Assembly (NCBI GenBank): GCA_030167865.1
Contig: JALAGF010000504.1
Location: forward strand, 124,001-151,345
DNA length: 27,345 bases
Direction of reading: 5' to 3'
Origin: Craspedostauros australis
Taxonomy: Eukaryota
Shown here: one piece after another, positions 10,330 to 21,319 of the stretch
Layout of the letters: each line of letters begins with the position of its first letter
Numbering within the stretch: the stretch's first letter is position 1
Notes under the pieces: model-generated
Database searches by the model: none
What the model was told of the DNA's origin: nothing
Seen by the model: the letters and a program-made list of their open reading frames with translations, nothing else
Position numbers and translations under genes: made by a program

Positions 10330-10945
10330 AATGGCAACTGTCACAAGATCGATTCAGGAGAGAGAGGGAGTTGTTGATGATGCGGAGGGTTCTGGGGGTG
10401 CTGACGAAGGCCACCACGAGAGAGGGTGGATGCTTCGGTATCTTGTTTGGGTGTTGTTGTTGGCGTTGTTGTTGCGCCGCGACATGTTGCGCATGGAGCT
10501 GCCGTGGTTGTCCCGCTTCGAAATCGTCTCCTTTCGAACCTTGTGGAAAAACACGACGATTGATCAACTGGACTACAACGAACTGCCGAATGATGAACAC
10601 GACTGAAATAGTAATACGACTGAAGTCACGAGTGCTACGCAGACACGAACAGAGACGCAACACACGATCGTGACGCCTTGTGTTCTTTGTGCCATCCATA
10701 CCTTGAGCTACTACTCATGCCGATACAATTGCTACACAGACGCATGTTGGAACTATTCGTCCGTCTGTTCGTTGTGTTGGAGCTGTGTTACGGTTTCATT
10801 TAGTTGTTACAGGGATGCCATCCAATCTGGCTGTTGTTTGTTGGTCATCTGAAATCAGCCGTTCCACCGCTCACAATTGCGGTTAGCGGTTCACGCGATA
10901 CGTAGTGGTGATGATGAGGAAAGAGAGAGTGCATCGATTGGTTGT

Positions 10946-13900
10946 TTAGGCCATGCTCTCGATCTCTGCCTTGAGGTTTTCGGCGGTCATGCCGTACTCC
11001 TTCATGACGATGTCACCTGGGGCGGACATACCGAACTTGTCAACACCAACGACCTTGCTGGCGTACTTGTACCAGAGTCCGGAAACACCGGCCTCCATTG
11101 CGATTCTCTTCGTGCACGACGATGGGAGGACCTCCTCCTTGTACTCATCGGACTGACGGTCGAAGACGTCGAGGCATGGCATGGAGACGACGCGGGCACC
11201 TGGCATATCAGCGGCGACGGCGATGGCGTGCTGGAGCTCGGAACCGGCGGCCATGACGATGAGGTCGAGGTCGGCGGTCTCCTTCTTGGCGACGTATCCT
11301 CCCTTGAGGGCACCGGCACGGCGCTCCATGAAGTCCATGTCGTTGTTCTGGGCCATGTTCTGGCGGGAGAAGATGAGGGCGGTTGGTCCGTCCTTGCGTG
11401 TCACGGAGCTGACCATGGCGGCGACGGTCTCCTCGGCGTCACCTGGGCGGTAGACATCGAGGTTTGGAATGACGCGGAGTCCGGAGACGGTCTCGACAGG
11501 CTGATGGGTTGGTCCATCCTCACCGACACCGATGGAGTCGTGTGTGAGGACGTACGAGACGCGGTTCAGCTCGGAGAGGGAGGCGACGCGGATGGTTGGG
11601 CGGAAGTAGTCGACGAAGACGAGGAAGGTGGATCCGGAGACCTTGAAGAGTCCGTGGAAGGCGAATCCGTTCATGATGGATCCCATGGCGTGCTCGCGGA
11701 TACCGAAGTACAGGTTCTTTCCGCTGTAGCTCTTGTCGAAGCCGGCTCCGAAGTTGCCACCGTCGTTGATGTAGTTACGGCACGATCCGTGGAGATCGGC
11801 GGATCCGGAGATGTAGTTTGGCACGAGGTCGGCGATGTGCTGGATGATCTTGTTTCCGGAGACACGGGTGGCCTCGGCGTCAGTTCCCATCTGTGGGATC
11901 TCGGCGATCATGTCAGCGGCTGGCATGACGTTGTCGTTGACGGCATCGTCAAGCTGCTTGGCGAGCTCTGGGTTGGCCTCGGACCAGGCGGCGAAAGTCT
12001 TCTGCCACTCGTCGTAGTCGGCCTTGTTGTTGTCCTGGACCTGCTGGAAGTAGTCGCGGGTTCCCTCGGAAACGAACCACTTCTCACCGTCTGGGAGGCC
12101 GATGTTCTTCTTGGCCTTGTCGACGTATGGGACACCGGCCTCTCCGTGAGCGGCGTTGGTTCCCTCGGTCTCCTCCATACCCTTTCCGATGATGGTGTTG
12201 CACTTGATGAACTTTGGCTTTCCGTTGTTGTTGGCCTTAGCATCGGCGATGGTCTGCTCGACGACCTCGAGGTCGTGTCCATCGATGTCATAGGTGTCCC
12301 AACCGTAGGCCTCGTATCTCTTGATGATGTCCTCGGACTGGGTGTACTCGGCCATCTTGTCGAGGGTGACCTCGTTGGCATCGTAAAGGATGACGAGGTT
12401 GTCGAGCTTTTCGTGGGCGGCGAAGGCAGCGGCCTCGGCGGAGACACCCTCCTGGAAGCAACCATCTCCGGCAAGGGCGAAGACGTGGTGATCGAAGATC
12501 TTGTGGTCCTCGGTGTTGTAGACGGCCTCGGCCATCTTCTCGGAGGCGGCGAAACCAACGGCGTTGGCGACACCCTGTCCGAGCGGTCCGGTGGTGCACT
12601 CGATTCCTGGAGTGTTGTGCTCGGAGCTTGGGAACTCTGGGTGACCTGGGGTCATGGAGTGGTGCTGACGGAAGTTCTTGAGCTCATCGATTGGGAGATC
12701 GAATCCGGCAAGGTTGAGCCAGGAGTACAGGAACATGGATCCGTGTCCGGCGGAGAGGATGAAGCGGTCACGGTTGACCCAGGTTGGGTCGGCGGCGTGG
12801 TAGTTCATCTGGGATCCGTAGAGAACGGCTCCGATCTCGGCGGCACCGAGTGGAAGACCCATGTGTCCGGAGTGAGCAGCGGCGATGGAGTCCATGGCAA
12901 GACCACGGGCCTCGTTGGCGGCGGTGGCAAGGGCGGTCTTGGTGTCAGCATCGATGGCGCTGGCCATCTGGAGCTCCATGTTCTGTTGGAGGTGAGGTTC
13001 ATTTGTTCGATTGCCAAGGTGGGAGTAGTTGCAATTGTGTTCATGTGAAGTAGTTTGCGGGGTTGATGTGATGAAAGCCGTGATGGTTGCAATTGACGAC
13101 GATCGATTGATTGGGGCGAGATGTTTGACGCGATACGGTAAGCGAATAAGAGATGATGGTGAGAACATTGTGTCAATTTGAATTGGAGCGTTTGCAGTTT
13201 GCCATGATGCGGGAGATGTATCGTAAAGGAGGAAAGTGGAGTCGGCGATGTCCGGATTGCTGGTGTGCGTGAGAATTGTTTTGCGGTTGGACCAGGCTGT
13301 TTTTTGTGGCCATGGCGTCGCGAGACAATCTTGTGACGTTTGTCTGTCTGAGAGGAGCGAAGATTTCGAGGAAGTTCGTTGATGCGCACGAAAATTCCAT
13401 TTGAGCATGTCGACCGTCTGTGCATTCGGAATGATGGTGGCGGCGCCTTCGAAGGTCGGGTGTGGTTTCTTCTTGTGTTGGCCATTGAGTCGACTGTTCG
13501 GATGGTAAACGACACGGTGGTCCTTGCCTACTGCTTCCATTGTTATGATTACTCAGTCTCAACAGGCGCAACGTGCGTGCACAAGGAATGGCCCATGATG
13601 ATGGTTCGTTGCGACATGTGTCGGATCGATACCATGCACCAATTGGACCATTTAAATGCCGCTGCTGCTGCTTGGCGATGTCCCTCTTCGCAGCCTCTTC
13701 ATATTATATTCGCTACGACCATGGCCTGTTGTGTGCCTCGTTGTCTGTCGCTCCTCTCCCCACATTATCGCCTCGGGCATCTGTGCACCTGTCCAATCGT
13801 TCGCACCAAGTCATGTGTCGTGTCATGCCGCGGCGACGATGAGAATCCTCAATGAATTCCGTCGGTGACATCAAGACAAGATCCAACTCCCACCCATCGC

Positions 13901-14052
13901 ATCAACCCTTCCACACTCCATCCCAAAAATCAATCGAACTGGTTCCACTTCACTCAACGTACCTGGCGGACGCCGAACTTGGCTGGGGCGGTGAATCCGT
14001 GGACGCCGGAGGCGACGACGGCGCCGATGAGAGCGATAGCAGAGAACTTCAT
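10946..14052 (-). CDS. TKL: Plastid-targeted transketolase, 708 aa; exon 1 14052-13963 (bipartite leader), exon 2 12982-10946
   Basis: Transketolase motifs SGHMG, NRDRFILSAGH, TTGPLGQG, GDGCFQEG, FGIREHAM, THDSIGVGEDGPTHQPVE. Exon 1 reads MKFSAIALIGAVVASGVHG-FTAPAKFGVRQ (signal peptide followed by Phe, ASAFAP-like), ends CAG|GTACGT and joins in frame to CAACAG|AAC ATG GAG (NMELQMASAID...). Confidence 0.94.
12983..13962 (-). other. Long spliceosomal intron of transketolase, 980 nt, phase 0
   Basis: Donor GTACGT at 13962-13957; acceptor CTCACCTCCAACAG ending at 12983 with CTCAC branch-like motif; frame is preserved. Confidence 0.82.
13963..14052 (-). other. Exon encoding signal peptide and start of transit peptide (complex-plastid bipartite targeting sequence)
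   Basis: MK + hydrophobic core + VHG|FTAP cleavage motif; missing from the ORF track because it is only 30 codons. Confidence 0.88.
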
Positions 14053-15472
14053 TTTGGGTTTCGTTCGAGAGGTCTCTTGATTTTGTGTGGATCCTGGGAT
14101 CGTGATGATGGTGATGAGGGACTGTGGTTTGGTGCGTACTGCGAGGTGCTCGTACGCGCGTAGTTGTCAACGTACTCGTTGTCGCAAGCACCTTCAGTTC
14201 GTTCTCCACGCACGTTGTTGCCCCACGTCCTTCACCCTCGTTCGTTTTGGTTGGTGATGATTTTCATCGGGGAATCTTCGGTGGATGACATGCCACGCAG
14301 AAAAAACGCACTGTCGTTGTTTTGCCAGTGACACGCACAACCGCAGATTCGAGACTGACGTTGTCGCGCGCATACGCACCGGTTTTCCGCGCACCGTTGT
14401 TGGTCGTTCGAGTCAATTCAGTCTGTCGTATCGCAAAGTGCGTCATCTCTGTTGAATGCGTGACACCTTATTCGTGCCAAAAGATACGCAGCTCACGCAC
14501 CAAGCTTCTCTGGATGCCTTGTGCTGTCTCTCCATTTGGCCACAGCCAACCAAAATGCCCTTGGTCGGCATCGCCATGACTTGTGCATTTTCGTTTGTTG
14601 ATCTCCCCCAGCTCATCGCCACAGCTTCGCCTGCACTTGATGACTTGAGGGGCTCTTATTCCCTCCCATCCACAAGACATCCTGGCATTTACCATGCGAC
14701 TACTCCACTTGCATGTGGAGAGTACTCTATTCGTACCATTCTGTCTATTGGTGTTGCCACTTGTCGCTTTGTGCTTCGCAAGGGAGTGCGATGTGATGTG
14801 GGCTGTGCTCACCTTTCTTGTTGTTGGAGTGCGAGGATTCGATTGTGCCATCGCGTAGAGACAGCCGACCGTTCAACTCTGCATGTTTCTTCCTCAAGCA
14901 AAACATAATATAATAGAATACTATTTTGACTCTGCGCTGTTGTGTAAAATGTAATGATCGTCTAGTCTCTATGTATTGGAGTGTTTCACTGTCCTGGGAT
15001 ACCAGCGCCCCGACTGGTCTTGCCAGTTCTCGAATCGAGAGAGAGAGAGCTGCATTGTAGAGTATGTAGTCGTTTGCCGTACGATGTGTTGCGACGCGGA
15101 GGTGTTGGATCTTCGTCATGCCCAATTAGAGTTGAGATGTTCGCGATTGGGCATGTGTCTGGACGATAACGATGGGTAGAAATGAAATCTGTGTCGCGCT
15201 TTGGTGGTGTATTCGTCCGGGTAGCTAGTTCGTACGAGTACGTACTTGTACCATACGGTTCCTCGTACTGTCTCCCTCTCTGGAGAGAGTGACCTCGAGT
15301 ATGCCTTGTCACCATCGTGTGAGTGACAGATCCGAAGATGTGTCCACGGACAGGACATGCAAGGAACATTGGAATTTTGCAATGACGGCCATCCGCAATG
15401 GCCACAGGCATTCCCAACATCTCGCCAATGGAACCGAGATCTCGGCTGACAATAGCATTCACTGCAATGTCT

Positions 15473-17825
15473 TCAGCCTTCCAGCAATGCCCATTTCTTC
15501 AGATCGAGCAGCTCCAGCCAAGGAATGTTGCTGTATCCAATCTGGGTGTACCATTGCGCAAACTCGTCGAAGCAAAGGAAGTCGCGGCTGTCCCGTCGCC
15601 CTGTGAATGCCTGCGCCGATGCCCAAGAGGATCCGGCATCGACGACGCCTGCGACCGTGCGGCGGTTGGCTTCGCACGGATCGCCGGACATGGTCGTCAT
15701 CGTATCCTCGGCAGGGTCGGTGTCAAGCACGCTGCAAGATGTGATATTGAGCAGGACGGTGAGGAACGACCACAGATACCTGCATGTGTTGCTCTGCGAA
15801 AGGTTGCCCTTCTTGCGAGGATCCATCAGATCGAAAGCGTATTCAAGCTTGTCACTCTTCTTTCCATGGCACAGCACCGTGAATCCGCAGGCAAGTTCCG
15901 TGGCATTGACGTGCCCGCTGCCATGCTCGTCGAAAGCTTCGAAGATGCCATTAAGAAGATCGGAAAGCTCGTTCTGCGTCTCCACGCTCATCCTTCTGCT
16001 GGGAATCAGGGACCGCATCGCCAGGTCGTAGTTGGGCTTCGTCAGCATGTAGAACGACGCCTCACCGTTCCTTCTGGACGAGACGTTGGCCTTGGACAGA
16101 ATAGTCTTCGTCACCGTCTCGCAATCAACCTTGTGCAATCCGCTTGCCTGAAGGAGAGAGCGAAAATGAGAGACGCGCTTTTGACTGACGGAGAGAACGT
16201 ACCCACCGTGGCTGTCGTTCGTGACCAGGTGGAATTGCAAGGAGTTCTGATTCTTCGAATCTTGCCGGGGCCGATGCGCATTGTCAGTTGGTGCTAACCT
16301 TTCATCATGATGTTGACCATGGTGCTGATCGCGGTGTTGATTCTCAAGCTCGTTGTCGTGCTGCTCTTCGTGGTTAAAGCGATGGCCACGCGGTGTGTCG
16401 ATCTGTCTGGGGGAATAGGAGAAGCTCTTGGCGATCTTTTGCAGCGAGAGGATGTCGTTGTCGCCGTCCTTGTCATGCGAGTGATGTTGCAGCAGCATCA
16501 TGTCCATCTCATCGATGCTGTCCATCGGCATCAGCTCGTGCTCGTCGTCAACGAAGAAGTTCGCGTCGACACCATCATCTGGTTGAAGGGACGAGCACAG
16601 GCCCAGCCCGTGAGGTGACTTCGTCGGTGTGAGCGACAGGCTCGGGATCTTCTTCATGTCGGGAAGCAGTTCGAGGGTGTGCTTGGATGGAGTGTCTGCC
16701 CCGCCACTTCCTGATGCTCCCGTTGATGTCATCGACCGGTCAAAGTTGTCCCGTGGCAACAACCCCGGTGACAGCGACGGGCTGGAGAGCAGTCCAGATC
16801 CTCGTTCGTTGATTGGGGCCGGGTCCGCCGGCTTCGGCGCCGCACTCGCTCTGGGTGCTGCAACTAGTGCAGTCGCTTGTGCTCCGGCTGTGGCGAATTC
16901 TGTGGCCTCGCTGAGAACCCACTTCCGAAGGTCCAGCAGCTCAAGCCACGGTGCAGTTTCGTAGCCTCCTTCGTTGTACCATTCCCCGAACTGGTCGAAA
17001 TCGATGCGATCCTGCTTGTGGCGATTCCATTGGTACCGCATGACATCATCCGTCACCATGTTGGCTGTGTCCGCGATGTACCTGCCGACCATGTGATCGG
17101 ACAGATCCCAGCTTTGTCGGCAGCAGGAGAACATGACGATCAGGAACGATCTCAGGAAGAGGAATAGATCCTCACCACCGAGCGCATGGGTTTGGGATGC
17201 GTCGGCTGTCTTCCTCGATCTCTTCGCCTTGGGCTGTGGCCTCTTGTCGAACACACCGAAAGCGAAAGCCAACTTCGTGCTCTTCTTTCCGCCACACAAT
17301 AACGTCAGGCCGCCCATGAGTTCATTCAATCCCACCTTATCAACTTGGCGCAAGTCGAAGCTGTGGTAGAGGTTGGAGAGGAGCTCCCGGGCGCTGGGAA
17401 TGGAGTCCTTGCCATTGCGTCTGGAGCCAGCATTGCTGTCGCTGCTACCTCTTGCGTCCATGAATGGCACAACCTGCTCCATGCCGCGCAAAAATGCTCC
17501 TTCGCTGATTGGTGCATCCTTGTTGTTGTTGGCGTTCGATCCCTTGCTTCTGTGTGACAAGGGTCCCTGTCCGGACATTGCCCGAAGCGATTCCCACACG
17601 ACATCGGGTGGCCGTTGCAACAAACCCAGCTTGTCCACGACGTCCTTAACGTAGACAGCATCTTCGCGCAACACCACCAACGAGCGCTGATTCGCAAGGG
17701 GAAACGTAAACAGGACCTCGGCTGGGGGCAATTTTTGCTCCTGCTTCTTTTGCACCTGTGGTCGCGTTTGATGTTGTGTTTGATTTTGTGCTTGCGGTTG
17801 GGTCTTCCGCTCCTGTTGTCGCCTA

Positions 17826-17865
<40 letters not shown>

Positions 17866-20800
17866 GCTGCTGCTGTTGTTGCTGCTGTTGAGGCGGTGGT
17901 GGTTGCGGCCGTTTCGGTGGTGCCCGCTGTTGTGGCTGTTGTTGCGAGTGTTGCTGTTGGGGCTGCTGCATCTGCGGCTTTTGTTTGAAAGGCCTTGTTG
18001 CTGGCTTCAGATGTTGCTCTGGAACATTGGATTGCGAGTGGTTGCGGGAGTGAGGTCTTTGCGAAGCTGGAGGCGGTGCACCAAACGCATCGGCACTGTT
18101 GTGAGGAGATCGGCTGTCAGCCGAGCTTCTTTGCTTGGGAGGAAAGGCTTGCATGGGTTGAGCCCCGGCTGTGGATGGCGTCGGTTGTTGATGACGGAAT
18201 GCGTCTCTGAAATTGGAACCGTGCGGCGCGGGAGGTGGGGGTGGTGATGTCGATGGGTTCCGGTAGTCGCTGCCTACCAGAGACAGCACTTTCTTCAGAT
18301 CCAGCAGCTCGAGCCATGGTGCGACGTTGTACCCTCCGTTGGTGTACCACCCGGCAAAGCTCTCGAATGTGTGGTAGCCAGATGACGTCTCCTTGGTGGC
18401 CAACCCCAGGTAATGGCGCAAAGTCCACTGGGCGCCGTTCTCGACTGCGGCGAACAGGTCCATTCTCCGCGATGGGGTCAGCTTGGGCCGCAACGCCTTT
18501 TCGGGGGAAGATGCGAGCAGGGAGATGCCGATGAGCATGGTGAGGTAGGATCGGAGGTACTGTTCCAGCTGCGGGGTGGTCAATCCCGGCGAACCGGGGT
18601 CCTTCAAGATGTCGAAGCCCATAGCGAGCTTCGAAGACTTGTTGCCAGCACAGAGGAAGCCGAAGCCGACAGCCAGCTCGAAGGCGTCGCATTCACCGTG
18701 GTTGAGGTCAGGCCTGTCACGGTCGAAGCAGCTGAAGAAGTCGATGAAACAGCTGTAGTGAATGTCAAGGTCGAGATTGGACAGACCTCTGGTGGAAGAT
18801 GATATGAGCTGTCCAAGACACTCGCGGAATGGGTGGATGCCCAGCACCTTGACCTCCTTGCCTTTGTACATGCGCGGGAAGGATGCTCCAAGCAGGGTCT
18901 TGCAGATTTCCTTGGTTTGTCGATTCTGCAGACCGGTCGCGCGGACGAGGTTCTTCAGCGTATACAGATTCTCCTCTGAGATGCGTATGCAGAACGCGTC
19001 GGAAGCACCACCTCGTGGTGGCATGGATCCTGTGAAGTCGAATGACACAACGGTACGGCTCTCCATATCCATGTACGGAGGGCGCATCGCCGGGTGCGGG
19101 AAAAATGCGGGCGATTGTGGCGGCATCGAGGGCGGTGGTCCCATGGCAGGGTGCTGATGCGGGTGATGGCGATGATGATGGGCCATTGCTTGTGGGTGAG
19201 GAGGATGGTGTGGGTGCATACGACCATGAGAGTGAGCATGCGCGGGCGCATGGGGATGTGGGTGTGTGCGGTGGTGTGACGAGGGTGGAGCACGAGGATG
19301 GTGCTGAGTTGACGGTGGTGCCGCTGTGGCCTGTGGATGCGGCTTGGCAGCGCGAGCTTGCACATGCGGAGGTGGTGGCATATGTCCGTTAGATTGATGG
19401 CGAGGTGGAATGTGCGCGCTCGTGGGTGGATGTGACGGTCTTGGTGGCTGACCACTGGAGGCCGGTCGCGAGGACGGTGGTTGACCGTCAGATGCATCCT
19501 TCTTCTCTTCCTCCACCGCCGCAGCTGTGTGCTGTGTTGTGAGTGGGGGTGCCACTGTGGTGGACTTGACTGCTACTGGCACTGCTGGGACCGGCTTTGC
19601 CATCGAAACTGGTGCCGTTGGGGGCGCTGATGTGCTTGTCGTAGAATTGCCATTCTCGACCTTGATCTTCGTTGTCGCGGACGTGATCGCTTGCGGCTGT
19701 GTCTGCGTCGCTGATTGCATTGGAACGGGTCCTTGTGGTTTTGGTGCAGCCTGCGCTACTGGCGCTGCAGGTTGCGTTGGTGGCTGTTGCACTGCGTGTG
19801 CTATTGCTTGCGCGGCAGGCGCAGCTTGCGGTCGCGCCACAGCTGGTATCTGCGAGTGTGAAGATGGCTGCGCCGTCGTGGGTGGTTGTGACAGAGTTGG
19901 CCTGGCGGGCTGAATGGCACCGTACGGCCTGTTCGGTATGCTCCAATGCGACAAGTCCATGAGCTTGAGCCAAGGCACCACTTGTGTTCCTTCTGTTTGA
20001 TTCCACGCCAGGAAGGATGACAGCGAGACCCTTTCGAGGTTGAGGGATCTGCTTTCGATGTCCCTTCTGTTGGATGCGTAAGTGAAAAGATGGTTCGTTG
20101 CGTACACGGCGATTTCTTGAAATTCCTTCTTGACGGTGAGCGAAAGCTCTTTGTCGACGTCATCCTCCTCCTTGAGCGTGGCAAGCGATGAGTCGAATGA
20201 TCGTGACGGTGATTGCAGTGCTGGGATGGTGCTTGCGGCTGTCGTATCCGTGACCCTGGTCATGGTGTCATCGAGCTTAATGCGCTTGGATGGTCGTTCC
20301 AGACCGGACGATGCTGGACTGGGGTGCTGACCCATCTCAATCTCGACCCTCCTTTCGCTGCCCTCGATACAGTTGTGGATGGCAGTCAGGATGGATCGGA
20401 GGAGCGCCGTGCACTGCTGCCTTGACAGTGACAGTTCGGGTTGTGTCGCTGGTGCATTCGTGGTATTCGTCAGCGAGGCAGGTCCCAAGATGGCATCAAA
20501 CGTCGCACGGAACTTGGATCTGATCTCTGAGTTGTGGAACAGCAATGTGGCCGCTCTCGTTTCTTCGACGGTCGCTCCGCTGTGCCTCATCTTGTTGAGG
20601 AAGGAATTGAGGTGGTCGTGCTTGGCGTGGGTGGCAGCCTCCAGAACTGCTTCATGCAGCGGGCGCTTTCCGGCCGTTCGTTGTTGCACTTGTGCCTGCG
20701 CAATGGCGGGTGGCGCAGCGGCAACGACGGCAGACGACGAAGCCTCTTCCGCGTTCTGCTCCATCTTGATCTTAAGTTGAGCCCCATCGGCTGGATCTGC

Positions 20801-21319
20801 AGCAGCAGGAGCGTTGTCGCCACTGACCACCAATGGCGGACACGATTCGGTGAGTTCTGGCGTCCGTCTTGCCGTCTTGTTGTTTTTCAATGGCGTCGCT
20901 GTCGAGGTTGCTGATATCGGCGCTCTCGTTGCATGGGTGCTGTCCGCAATGGCACCGCTTGGCGCATTGGCGCTTGCCATCGCAGTTGATGTCGCAGGAA
21001 CAGCCATTTGCGCGCGCCTTGCCAGCTCACAGTGCATCGCTCTGCTCGCAGCGTGGACCCGATCGATGTCTCCCACAGTGATGGCAAGCGTGATCGATGG
21101 GATGGAGACGAGGGCCGTGTTTGGCGCCAAAGTTGGCGTCTGAGTGGTGACCTGCATCGGTGCGTGCATCGCAGTCGCCATTGCCGTCGGCACCGGAGCT
21201 GCGGCTCGTTGTTGCACTGGTGGCGGCAGCGGCGGTCTCACTGGTGGCCGTACTGGTGGCCTCACTGATGGCTGCAATTGCGACACCATCTGTGGCTTGG
21301 GAGCTGTGGCGGTCTGCAT
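15473..21319 (-). CDS. Large uncharacterised protein (~1948 aa) with four repeated EF-hand-like (recoverin/calcineurin-B-like) modules and low-complexity Q/H/P linkers
   Basis: Single long ORF; first ATG at 21319 (track start 21478 is GTG; an upstream exon is possible). Repeated FD-x6-10-EL-xx-G-xxx-LC-x-G(K/N)KS-x-KL-xx-(A/G)F and F-xx-F-xx-WY-xxx-GY-xxx-PWLELLDL(K/R)K motifs; FDEHGSGHVNATE resembles an EF-hand loop. Confidence 0.85.
17828..17890 (-). repeat. (CAA/CAG)21 trinucleotide tract encoding polyglutamine
   Basis: 63 nt of ttg/ctg triplets on +, in frame with the EF-hand-repeat ORF. Confidence 0.95.

Noticed and set aside
10877-13048. 723-aa + strand ORF
   Set aside because: Antisense shadow of transketolase; strong codon bias (scarce TTA/CTA/TCA) removes stops on the opposite strand, and the product has no recognisable motifs.
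12983-13962. TPP riboswitch in the transketolase intron
   Set aside because: Attractive because the enzyme uses TPP, but no CUGAGA plus ACCUGAU core is visible on the sense strand; an Rfam search would settle it.
14380-14425. tRNA-like GTTCGAGTC word
   Set aside because: No T-stem, acceptor stem or D-arm can be formed around it.
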